DNA of 63,974 nt from Microbacterium sp. (GCF_029263575.1 NZ_JAJUFV010000001.1:1-63974); one strand, 5' to 3'; positions 10,264-18,884 are shown, numbered from the stretch's first letter. Made by a program: numbers and translations. Notes: generated from the sequence alone by a model not told the origin.

Positions 10264-10288
10264 GACCGGAAGCAACTCCGAGACAACG

Positions 10289-11905
10289 TCAGTCGGGGTA
10301 GGGAACGGGCCAGTGCGGCTCGGGAACCGGCCACCCGGCATCGCGGAGAGCCCGCCGCGCCAACTCCCGTGCCGAGTACGGGGTGCGCACGCCGCGGATG
10401 TCACGGTAGTCCTGGTGTCCTGGCCCGGCCCAGAGGATCGCGTCGCCCTCGCCGACCATGCCGACGGCGGCCACGATGGCAGCCTCTGGGGGGGAGTGCT
10501 CGTGGATCTCGGCATCCGGCTGCGCTCTTCTGGCGCTGCCCACGAGTGTCGCGCGGATCGATGCCGGATCCTCTAGCCGCGGGTGGTGGTCGGTGACGAC
10601 GAGGATGTCACTGCCCTCGACGGCTGTGCGCGCCATGTCGGGCCGTTTGGTGGCATCACGGTCGCCGTCAGCGCCGAAGAGCATGAGGGTCTTCCCCGGG
10701 GTGACGTGGCGGATCGCGGCGAGCGTCTTCTCGAACGCATCGGGGGTGTGACCGAAGTCGACATAGACGGCAGGGCCCTCGTCGCCGGAGACGAGCTCCG
10801 TTCGCCCTGGCAGGTACGCGTTGATCCTGCCGTCGCGGTCAAGGGATGCGGTGATGCGCTCCCACGTGTAACCGCCCTCGAGGATCATGACGATGGCGAG
10901 CGCGGCATTGGCTGCCATGTGCGCGCCGATGACCGGGACGGTCGTGGTGAGTGTCTTGCCCTCGGGCCCGGTCATGGTGAACAGGGTGCCGCGCTGGTGC
11001 TCCTCATCGATCGTGACAACCCAGTCGGCGGTCTCAGCGACGGACGGATCGGCGGCGATCTCCGGCGTTCCGACCGTGACCACCGGCACCTCGGATGCCG
11101 CGACGACGTCGACCCCGGAGGCGGAATCGAGACAGATGACCGCGCGACGTGCGCGGTCGGGGCGGAACAGCGGCAGCTTCGCTGCGAAGTACTCCGCCAT
11201 GTCCGCGTAGTCGTCGAGGTGATCGTGCGAGAGATTCGTGAAGCCGGCGACATCGAAAACGATGCCGTCGACGCGTTTGCGTGACAGCGCCTGTGCGCTG
11301 ACTTCGACGGCGACAGCTTCGACATCGCGTTCGCGCATGAGCGCGAGCAGCGCGTGCATCTCGGAGGCCTCGGGCGTCGTGAGCCGGGAGACGATCACTT
11401 CGCCGGCGATGTGGCGTTCGGCGGTGGATGACAGCCCCGTCACGACATCGAGCTGCGTGAGGATGCCCTCCAGCAGGTGAGAGACGCTGGTCTTGCCGTT
11501 CGTGCCGGTCGTCGCCAGCAGCAGCGGCAGCGTGTCATCGGCACCCGTGCCGTACACCCAGGCGCTCAGGGCGCCCAAGACACCGCGCGGGTCGTCGACG
11601 ACCACGATCGGAAGGCCCGTATTGCCGGCGATATCGGCCCCGGCCTCGTCGGTGATGATCGCGACGGCGCCCTTCTCCGCGGCTGTGGATGCGAAGACGG
11701 CGCCGTGCTGATTCACGCCCTGGATAGCGACGAACGCCTCACCGGCTCGGAGATCGGCGGTGGCGAGAGTGATGCCTGTCACCGTGACGTTCGCGGTGTC
11801 GCCACGGGTGGCGGTGGCGAAACGTGCGGCGAGATCGGCGAGCGATCGCTGTGGCGGATGCTGCGGACGAAGCACGGGAGGAAGGCTGGGCTGAGTGGTC
11901 GACAT
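10289..11905 (-). CDS. murE: Mur ligase, MurE-like (third amino acid-adding enzyme) with atypical specificity motif
   Basis: TGTNGKTS P-loop, LTTPE, FTNLSHDHLD, Y..AKL.LF, PGR.E, DFGHTPD, GDRD..KRP; HHPR where MurE has DNPR. SD AAAGGGA upstream. Confidence 0.82.
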   Translation of the reverse strand: MSTTQPSLPPVLRPQHPPQRSLADLAARFATATRGDTANVTVTGITLATADLRAGEAFVAIQGVNQHGAVFASTAAEKGAVAIITDEAGADIAGNTGLPIVVVDDPRGVLGALSAWVYGTGADDTLPLLLATTGTNGKTSVSHLLEGILTQLDVVTGLSSTAERHIAGEVIVSRLTTPEASEMHALLALMRERDVEAVAVEVSAQALSRKRVDGIVFDVAGFTNLSHDHLDDYADMAEYFAAKLPLFRPDRARRAVICLDSASGVDVVAASEVPVVTVGTPEIAADPSVAETADWVVTIDEEHQRGTLFTMTGPEGKTLTTTVPVIGAHMAANAALAIVMILEGGYTWERITASLDRDGRINAYLPGRTELVSGDEGPAVYVDFGHTPDAFEKTLAAIRHVTPGKTLMLFGADGDRDATKRPDMARTAVEGSDILVVTDHHPRLEDPASIRATLVGSARRAQPDAEIHEHSPPEAAIVAAVGMVGEGDAILWAGPGHQDYRDIRGVRTPYSARELARRALRDAGWPVPEPHWPVPYPD

Positions 11906-11931
11906 GTCCCTTTCATGATCTCACGGGCAGC

Positions 11932-11988
11932 TCTCTGGAGCGTGCCTCCCGACTCGTGTTGTATGCGTGTCGGGGCACGCCCCAGAGA
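11932..11988. terminator. Long imperfect hairpin between ycnI-like gene and murE-like gene
   Basis: TCTCTGGAGCGTGCCTCCCGAC ... GTCGGGGCACGCCCCAGAGA (one mismatch, one 2-nt bulge); no U-tract. Confidence 0.5.
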
Positions 11989-12017
11989 ACGCCGTCAGCC
12001 GTGCCGGCCGGATGCGG

Positions 12018-12716
12018 TTACGCTGATCGGCGGTACGCCACGATGGCGACGATCAGAGCGGCCACGGCGGCGACGAGCCCCGCCGCACCGAGTGTCGTGC
12101 CGAGCGGGTCGATTGTTGCCGCGGTGTCGGCGGTTGACTGCTGGTCTGCCGGGTCGTGCTGGTCTGCATGGTCGCCGTGCGCGGCATCCGACGAGGTATC
12201 GGCGTCACCCGTGACGGTCACGACCGGAGCGGGAGAGTCGAGATCGTGCGGGTCGGCGCCGTCCTCCGCCACCTCGACCCATTCGTTCACCCCGCTCTCG
12301 CACTGCTGCACGACGGGGAACACGAGACTCTCCGGTGCGTCTTCGCCGAGACGCACTGACATGCTTGCCGTTGCTTGCAGTCCGCTCGGTACGGGTGTCA
12401 CCGCCGTATAGGTGACAGCCGAGACCAGTCCGTTGTCGGCATGCTCGACGGCGATCTCCCAGTTGCTGTCGACCGTCGGGGCGACCGACGCCAGTCCCTC
12501 GGGCATCGTGATGCGCAGCGACGTGGTGGGCGATTCCTCGCACCCGTGTGTGAACGCGAAGGTGAGATCGGCCGAGCCGTCCGGCTCGACGGTGTCGGGG
12601 GAGACACCGACGTGTGCTGATGCGGCGGCGGGGGCGGCCAGCACGAGGCCGGCAGCCAGGGCGGCGGTGATGATGCCGCGGCGGGTGAATCGGGTAGAGG
12701 TCGTGCGAGAGGACAT
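12018..12716 (-). CDS. ycnI: YcnI/DUF1775-family surface copper-binding protein with C-terminal TM anchor
   Basis: Signal peptide (RRG.. AAASA|HV) giving a mature N-terminal His; HGC, FPVVQQC..G..EW, SPAPVV; C-terminal hydrophobic helix then RR. AGGAG SD before ATG12716. Confidence 0.85.
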   Translation of the reverse strand: MSSRTTSTRFTRRGIITAALAAGLVLAAPAAASAHVGVSPDTVEPDGSADLTFAFTHGCEESPTTSLRITMPEGLASVAPTVDSNWEIAVEHADNGLVSAVTYTAVTPVPSGLQATASMSVRLGEDAPESLVFPVVQQCESGVNEWVEVAEDGADPHDLDSPAPVVTVTGDADTSSDAAHGDHADQHDPADQQSTADTAATIDPLGTTLGAAGLVAAVAALIVAIVAYRRSA

Positions 12717-12818
12717 GTTTTTCTCCTGTGTTCGTGTGCAGCGCGCGACTGCGTGCGGGCGCACCGATCGGGGCCCGCGAATGGATGCCGTGTGACGGCG
12801 GTGATCACATGCGGCTGA

Positions 12819-13406
12819 TCAGCCGCGGAGAGACAGCGGTGGGCCCCGCAATGAGAGATCGCCCACGCGCAGCACCGAGACGAAGCGTCGTGCGGTGGCT
12901 TCCAGTGCGGCAGGGCGGGGAAAGTCCGCGAGCGGCCGGGGTGTCCACCGGCGCAGCGTTGTGCGCACCCACTGCGCGATGGTGCGCGCCAGCTGCTCAC
13001 CGCGCCAGAGCATCGCGATCGTCGCGACCGCAGCGACCAGGTGGGCGGTGAGCATTCCGGCGTCGGGTGCGACGGCCGTCAGTGTCTGACCGTTCAGCGC
13101 GAGAGGAAGGCTGTGATGGTGGTGGTGCCCGGTGACCGTCCCGCTGGATGTCAGCGTCGCGCCCAGGGCTGAGAACAACACGTGGAACACGGTCTGCGAC
13201 AGCAGCACGGCAGCGCTCAGCTTGCCGAGGTGGAGCGTGCGCCCGACCAGGACAGCCGCAACAGGCGTCAGGAACACGCACAGCGCGATCACGAGCAGCG
13301 GATGCGGGGGAGCACCTCCGCCGAGCGTGTGCGAAACGGCCGCCGTGACAGTGGCGATCGACGACGCCGCGGCTCCCCGCAGGAGTCGCAGCTGCCGAGA
13401 AGTCAC
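12819..13406 (-). CDS. His-rich polytopic membrane protein with C-terminal RGPP (arrest-peptide-like) motif
   Basis: About 4 hydrophobic segments with His in or near them (VSHTLGGG, QTVFHVLF, MLTAHLVA), a GHHHHH loop and the end ...DLSLRGPPLSLRG*. TAGGCT 6 nt before GTG13406. Confidence 0.75.
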   Translation of the reverse strand: MTSRQLRLLRGAAASSIATVTAAVSHTLGGGAPPHPLLVIALCVFLTPVAAVLVGRTLHLGKLSAAVLLSQTVFHVLFSALGATLTSSGTVTGHHHHHSLPLALNGQTLTAVAPDAGMLTAHLVAAVATIAMLWRGEQLARTIAQWVRTTLRRWTPRPLADFPRPAALEATARRFVSVLRVGDLSLRGPPLSLRG

Positions 13407-13457
13407 CACTCCAGCCTATGCGGCGGATTCCTAGTTCGCGCACAGTAGCGTTGGCAT

Positions 13458-14768
13458 GTGGAAATCCTGCTCTACGTCGTCGGCATCGTTTTCATGCTGA
13501 TCGGCCTCGGACTATCGATCGGGTTGCACGAGATCGGCCATCTCGTCCCGGCGAAGCTGTTCGGTGTGCGCGTGGGGCAGTACATGATCGGCTTCGGTCC
13601 GCGGCTGTGGTCCAGACGCATCGGCGAGACCGAGTACGGCTTCAAGGCGCTGCCGCTGGGCGGATTCATCTCGATGTCGGGGATGTACCCGGCATCCGAC
13701 GGCAAGCGCGCCAAGGGGATCTTCAGCACGCTGGTGCAGGATGCCCGCTCCGCCAACGACGAGACGATCGCCCAGGGCGATGAAGACCGTGTCTTCTACC
13801 GGCTCTCGATGTGGAAGCGCATCGTGGTGATGCTGGGCGGTCCGGTCATGAACCTGATCCTGGCTGTTGTGATCTTCACCGTGCTGGCCTCGGGAATCGG
13901 CATCCAGCAGGGCACCACGACGATCGCGAGCGTGAACGAGTGCGTACTGCCGGCAGGGACCGCGCAGACCGAATGCGAGCCGGATGATCCGGCGACTCCC
14001 GCGGCGGAGGCTGGTGTGCTGCCCGGTGACGTGCTGGTCTCGATCGGCGGTACGCCCGTGTCGAACTTCGCGGAGGCGACGGCGCTCGTGCAGGCCGCTC
14101 CCGGTCAGCGGCTGGACATGGTCGTCGAACGCGACGGTCGGCAGGAGACTCTCATGGTCACCCCGATCGCCGCGGAGCGTGTGCTGACGGACGCATCGGG
14201 GCGACCGGAACTCGACGCAGACGGTGAGCAGATCGTCGCCGAGGTCGGCTACGTCGGTATGAGGTCGCAGTTGGCGTTCACGCCGCAGCCAATCGGCACG
14301 GGCGCTGTGATGGCAGCAGAGAACGTGGGCCGGGTCTCGAGCATCATCGCGACGTTGCCGGTGCGGCTGTGGGATGTCGGCGTCTCGCTGTTCACCGGGT
14401 CGGAACGCGACCCGGACAGCCCGCTCAGCGTCGTCGGCGTGGGCCGACTCGCCGGTGAGGTCGCCGCCACGGATGCGCCCGTGCTGGAGCGTTTCGTGGT
14501 GCTGTTGAGCCTGCTCGGCTCGCTCAACATCGCGCTGTTCGTGTTCAACCTGATCCCGTTGCTGCCGTTGGACGGCGGTCACATCATCGTGGCGATCTGG
14601 GACGGCGTGCGCCGTGCCTGGGCGAGGCTCTTCCGCCGGCCGCCGCCTGATCCGGTAGACGCGACGCGGCTGGTGCCGTTGACGGTCATCGTGGCGGTGC
14701 TGCTGATCGGCATGTGGGCGCTGCTGATGATCGCAGACGTTGTGAACCCGATCGTGCTGTTCCCGTAG
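13458..14768 (+). CDS. rseP: RIP/site-2 zinc metalloprotease (M50) with PDZ domain
   Basis: HEIGH, IGFGP, LPLGGF, GGPVMN, PDZ (PAAEAGVLPGD), FNLIPLLPLDGGH; canonical dxr-rip-ispG context. Confidence 0.93.
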   Translation: MEILLYVVGIVFMLIGLGLSIGLHEIGHLVPAKLFGVRVGQYMIGFGPRLWSRRIGETEYGFKALPLGGFISMSGMYPASDGKRAKGIFSTLVQDARSANDETIAQGDEDRVFYRLSMWKRIVVMLGGPVMNLILAVVIFTVLASGIGIQQGTTTIASVNECVLPAGTAQTECEPDDPATPAAEAGVLPGDVLVSIGGTPVSNFAEATALVQAAPGQRLDMVVERDGRQETLMVTPIAAERVLTDASGRPELDADGEQIVAEVGYVGMRSQLAFTPQPIGTGAVMAAENVGRVSSIIATLPVRLWDVGVSLFTGSERDPDSPLSVVGVGRLAGEVAATDAPVLERFVVLLSLLGSLNIALFVFNLIPLLPLDGGHIIVAIWDGVRRAWARLFRRPPPDPVDATRLVPLTVIVAVLLIGMWALLMIADVVNPIVLFP

Positions 14769-14769
14769 C

Positions 14770-16659
14770 TCAGGCGAGCGCGTGCGCGGCGAGTCGCTCG
14801 AGGGTGCGGATGCCGTCGCGCGACAGGATCGACTCGAGGTGCCCCTGGACGGACGCGAAGGATGCTCCGCGGAGGGCGTAGACGTCACCGGTGTCGGCGT
14901 CGGCGGAGACCTCGGCGGCACCCGCTGCCGTGGTGCCCGCCACGACGCGGGCCGTGAACGTGTTGTAAAAGCCGATCGAGGCGGCTTCCCCGAAGATCGG
15001 CACGGTCTTCTGCAGGCCCTGGTGCGGTGAGTCGAGGGGCGTCAGCGCGATGCCGAACCGATCGGCGAGAATCTGATGGCTCAGGCACACGGCAAGCAGG
15101 GGTGAGCCGCTGTCGAGCCTGCGGGCGATGATCGCACGCAGGCGTGCGATGCGTGGGGTGTCGGCGTCGCGGGGGTCGCCGGGGCCGGGTCCGGCGACGA
15201 GAAGCTCGGCGGCGTCGATGTCGGCATCGGACGCTTCGCTCCACAGCTGAATCGTCGCGTCGAGGCCGAGGTGGCGCAGCTGGTGGGCCAGCATGGTGGT
15301 GAAGCGGTCTTCCGCGTCGATCACGAGGACGCTGCGTCCGGCGAACGGGCCCGTGGAGCCGTCCTGCTGGGGGTTGATCCAGAACTCGGCCAGACGGGAG
15401 TTGCGTGAGGCGAGCAGCGCGCTGACCTCGGGGTCGTCGGCGAGCGCTGTGTCCGCTGCGGGCTCATCCGGGTCGTCGTCCTTCGCCGGCGCGCTCTCGC
15501 GTTCGATGGCTCCGATCGCGCCGAGCACGCCAGCGGCTTTGCCATGGGTCTCGCTGACTTCGCCGTGCGGGTCGGAGTGGCGCACCAGAGTGGCGCCGAC
15601 CGGCACGCGCAGGTGGCCGCCTTCCAGATAGACCGTGCGAATGAGGATGGGCGCATCGACGTCGTGGCCGCCGTCGTCGTTCGGCGTGAAAAGTGCGGCG
15701 ACGCCGGAGTAATAGCCGCGCGGCTTAACCTCGTGGCGACGGATGACGGCGCAGGCGTTCTGCATCGGGGAGCCGGTGACGGTCGGGGCGAACATCGTCT
15801 CGCGAAGGATGTCGCGCGGGTCGAGGCGGCTGCGACCGCGCAGCATGTACTCGGTGTGCGTCAACCGTGACATCTGTTTCAGATGCGGGCCAGTGATGCG
15901 TCCGCCATCAGAGCAGACGGCGCTCATCATCTTGAGCTCCTCATCGACGACCATGAAGAGCTCTTCGGTCTCTTTCGTGGACGACAGGAACTCGACCAGG
16001 GTGTCTTTGGTTGCGCCCCCTGCGGGATGACGGAAGGTTCCCGAGATCGGGTTCATCGTGACGATGCCATCGCGTGCGACCACGTGCGCTTCCGGGCTCG
16101 CGCCCACCGCGATGTGGCCGGGGGTGACGACAGCGAAGGTCCAATAGGCGCCGCGTTCGTGCTCGACAAGCGCTCGGAACCAGGTGAGCGCGGCGATGCG
16201 TTCGTCGGCGTTCACGCGGGCGGTGTAGTCGCGGCGGATGACGAAGTTCGCGCCTTCGCCGTGGCCGATCTCGTCGTCGATGACCCGGCTGACGATCTGG
16301 GCGTAGTCGTCGTCGCTGATGTCGAAGCCGGCGTCTTCCAGGGCGATCGGATCGCTGGGAAGCGCGCCGACGACGTCGGCGAGGGGGAGGTGCTCGTGGC
16401 GGTCGACCAGCAGGCACCGCAGCGGTGTGCCGTCGTCTTGTGCGTCGAAGCCGCGCTCGCGCACCTGGCGGTAGGGAACCATCGCGAATACCTCGCGGGC
16501 TGTGCCGTCAGCGGTGAGAGGAATGTCAGCGAGAAGGTCGACGTCTTCCACGTCGCCGGTGAGGATCTCGACGGTCTCGGTGCCTTCTCTGGCGATCAAC
16601 ACGAACGAAGCATCGGCATTGCGCGCCAGCGCGTCGAGCAGGGCTGCGGTATTGGTCAT
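14770..16659 (-). CDS. trpE: Fused anthranilate synthase components I+II (TrpE(G)/PhzE-like)
   Basis: GEGANFV, GAYWTF, GASPE, MNPISGT, ELFMVVDEELKMM, PTVTGSP, RGYYSG, ILIRT, plus GATase domain (DAEDRFT, GPGPGDP, AVCLSHQ, QGHLES); preceded by a Trp attenuator. AGGAG SD before ATG16659. Confidence 0.88.
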   Translation of the reverse strand: MTNTAALLDALARNADASFVLIAREGTETVEILTGDVEDVDLLADIPLTADGTAREVFAMVPYRQVRERGFDAQDDGTPLRCLLVDRHEHLPLADVVGALPSDPIALEDAGFDISDDDYAQIVSRVIDDEIGHGEGANFVIRRDYTARVNADERIAALTWFRALVEHERGAYWTFAVVTPGHIAVGASPEAHVVARDGIVTMNPISGTFRHPAGGATKDTLVEFLSSTKETEELFMVVDEELKMMSAVCSDGGRITGPHLKQMSRLTHTEYMLRGRSRLDPRDILRETMFAPTVTGSPMQNACAVIRRHEVKPRGYYSGVAALFTPNDDGGHDVDAPILIRTVYLEGGHLRVPVGATLVRHSDPHGEVSETHGKAAGVLGAIGAIERESAPAKDDDPDEPAADTALADDPEVSALLASRNSRLAEFWINPQQDGSTGPFAGRSVLVIDAEDRFTTMLAHQLRHLGLDATIQLWSEASDADIDAAELLVAGPGPGDPRDADTPRIARLRAIIARRLDSGSPLLAVCLSHQILADRFGIALTPLDSPHQGLQKTVPIFGEAASIGFYNTFTARVVAGTTAAGAAEVSADADTGDVYALRGASFASVQGHLESILSRDGIRTLERLAAHALA

Positions 16660-16696
16660 CGAGATCTCCTGTGCAGGTCTCCGGCTCGGCTCGACG

Positions 16697-16719
16697 AAAA
16701 AACCGCCGAGGTCGGCGGT
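16697..16719 (-). terminator. Attenuator terminator hairpin (3:4) of trp leader
   Basis: Minus strand ACCGCCG-ACCT-CGGCGGT followed by TTTTT. Confidence 0.9.
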
Positions 16720-16746
16720 CTGGTTTCGTGGGAACGCGAACACCGC

Positions 16747-16782
16747 CTAGAAGGCGGGCCACCAGGTGAGGTTCGCGGGCAT
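16747..16782 (-). CDS. trpL: Trp attenuator leader peptide MPANLTWWPAF
   Basis: Minus strand ATG CCC GCG AAC CTC ACC TGG TGG CCC GCC TTC TAG; tandem Trp codons; TG-n-TAGTTT 6 nt upstream; followed by alternative hairpins and a terminator. Confidence 0.9.
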   Translation of the reverse strand: MPANLTWWPAF

Positions 16783-16846
16783 GGCCTGAAACTATCACAC
16801 GGCGAGCATCCAGCCCTGCCGCGTGGCAGCGGCGTAGGCTGGAGGT

Positions 16847-17998
16847 GTGCCAGCCGTGAATCTTGGGATGCCGAGCATCCCCGAAGTCCTCGCTCCTCGC
16901 CGCAAGTCTCGCCAGCTCAGCGTCGGCAAGGTCCTGGTGGGCGGTGACGCGCCCGTCAGCGTCCAGTCGATGACCACCACGAAGACGACCGACATCAACG
17001 GCACGCTCCAGCAGATCGCCGAGCTGACCGCGTCGGGCTGCGAGATCGTGCGCGTCGCTGTGCCGCATCAGGATGACGCCGATGCGCTGAAGATCATCGC
17101 GATGAAGAGCCAGATCCCGGTCATCGCCGACATTCACTTCCAGCCCCGCTACATCTACACGGCGATTGACGCCGGATGCGGTGCGGTGCGCGTGAACCCG
17201 GGCAACATCCGTGAGTTCGACGGAAACGTCGGCAAGATCGCCGAGGCGGCCAAGGCCGCGGGAGTTTCACTGCGCATCGGTGTCAACGCCGGCTCACTCG
17301 ACAAGCGGCTCCTGCACAAGTACGGCAAGCCGACGGCCGAGGCGCTGGTCGAAAGCGCCGTGTGGGAGGCGTCGCTGTTTGAAGAGCACGACTTCCACGA
17401 CTTCAAGATCTCGGTCAAGCACAACGACCCGATCGTCATGGTGAAGGCCTACCGGCAGCTCGCCGAGCGCGGTGACTGGCCCCTGCATCTCGGCGTCACC
17501 GAAGCGGGCCCCGCGTTTCAGGGAACCATCAAGTCGGCGACGGCGTTCGGCATCCTGCTGTCAGAGGGGATCGGCGACACGATCCGTGTCTCGCTGTCAG
17601 CGCCCCCCGCGGAAGAGGTCAAGGTCGGGCATCAGATTCTGCAGTCGCTGAATCTGCGCGAGCGCAAACTCGAGATCGTGTCGTGCCCATCGTGCGGTCG
17701 TGCGCAGGTCGACGTGTATACGCTCGCCGACAACGTGACCGAGGGTCTCAAAGAACTCACGGTTCCGCTGCGCGTCGCCGTGATGGGCTGTGTCGTGAAC
17801 GGCCCGGGTGACGCGCGCGAGGCCGATCTGGGTGTCGCTTCCGGAAACGGCAAGGGCCAGATCTTCGTCAAGGGGGAGGTCATCAAGACCGTGCCCGAGG
17901 AAGACATCGTGCAGACACTCATCGAAGAGGCGAACCGGATCGCCGAGGAGATGGGGCCGGACGCGAAGCCCGGCACAGCACAGGTGATCACCGCATAG
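16847..17998 (+). CDS. ispG: (E)-4-hydroxy-3-methylbut-2-enyl-diphosphate synthase
   Basis: [64 protein letters not shown]. Confidence 0.98.
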   Translation: MPAVNLGMPSIPEVLAPRRKSRQLSVGKVLVGGDAPVSVQSMTTTKTTDINGTLQQIAELTASGCEIVRVAVPHQDDADALKIIAMKSQIPVIADIHFQPRYIYTAIDAGCGAVRVNPGNIREFDGNVGKIAEAAKAAGVSLRIGVNAGSLDKRLLHKYGKPTAEALVESAVWEASLFEEHDFHDFKISVKHNDPIVMVKAYRQLAERGDWPLHLGVTEAGPAFQGTIKSATAFGILLSEGIGDTIRVSLSAPPAEEVKVGHQILQSLNLRERKLEIVSCPSCGRAQVDVYTLADNVTEGLKELTVPLRVAVMGCVVNGPGDAREADLGVASGNGKGQIFVKGEVIKTVPEEDIVQTLIEEANRIAEEMGPDAKPGTAQVITA

Positions 17999-18014
17999 GC
18001 CAGGAGAGACTTTC

Positions 18015-18884
18015 TTGAATCCCACGGCAGTGACGTTTCCTCAGCGCGCAACGACAGCGGAGGCGCCGGTGGTTCTCGCCGTGTCGTCGCCTGACGGCGC
18101 CGTCATCGTGGTCGATGAGACACCGTTTCATCCTGTCGATCACACCTGGCCCGATCAGCCCGGTGACACGGGGAGTGTGCGCATCGGCGAGGAGCGCGTC
18201 GACGTCGTCGAGGCAGTGATGGCGGCTGTCAGCGACGATGGCGTCCTCGCCGTCGGCGGCGATATTCCGGTCAAACGCGGTGCGGAGGGGTGGACGTGGC
18301 TGGTCGGCCACCGGATCGACACCCCTGCCGTTCCGGCGTGGGCGGCTCCGGGCGCCACGGTGGTGCTTGACGTGGACGGCGCACGACGCGATGCGCTCAG
18401 CCGTGGTCACACGGGCTGCCATCTCGCCTCCCTCGCGCTCGATATGGCACTTGCCGATCTGTGGCGCAAGGCCCCGGGCGTCGACGCACTCGGTTCGCCC
18501 GATTTCGAAGGGCGGGCGAACCAGATCAGCCGCATCCACGAAGACGGCGCGATTGACGACTATCGACTGGGCAAGAGTCTGCGCAAGGCCGGTTTCGACA
18601 CGGAAGCGCTCGCCGCGTCACTCGTCGATCGTGAAGTGCGCATCAACGCTCAGTTGGCACAGTGGGTCGCCTCGGGCGCGCGAAGCGTTGTCGAGACGGA
18701 CGGTGCGACCATCATCGACCATCGCCGCTGGCGCTGCGAGCTGCCGGAAGGCGAGGCGGTGATCCCGTGCGGCGGCACACATGTGTCGTCACTCGCTGAG
18801 TTCTCCTCGATCTCCGTGACGCTGGAGCTTCCTACCCCGCAGCTGCTGGTGATGACGACGACCACGGTCGCGGCGCAGAGCTGA
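18015..18884 (+). CDS. AlaX-like free-standing tRNA-editing / metal-dependent hydrolase
   Basis: HTGCH (HxxxH) and PCGGTHV zinc motifs; N-terminal DETPFHP...QPGDTG resembles the AlaX N-domain. Start uncertain (TTG18015 or GTG18030). Confidence 0.7.
   Translation: MNPTAVTFPQRATTAEAPVVLAVSSPDGAVIVVDETPFHPVDHTWPDQPGDTGSVRIGEERVDVVEAVMAAVSDDGVLAVGGDIPVKRGAEGWTWLVGHRIDTPAVPAWAAPGATVVLDVDGARRDALSRGHTGCHLASLALDMALADLWRKAPGVDALGSPDFEGRANQISRIHEDGAIDDYRLGKSLRKAGFDTEALAASLVDREVRINAQLAQWVASGARSVVETDGATIIDHRRWRCELPEGEAVIPCGGTHVSSLAEFSSISVTLELPTPQLLVMTTTTVAAQS

Noticed and set aside
14770-16659. Phenazine biosynthesis cluster (PhzE-like gene)
   Set aside because: No phzA/B/D/F/G neighbours, and the Trp attenuator points to tryptophan biosynthesis.
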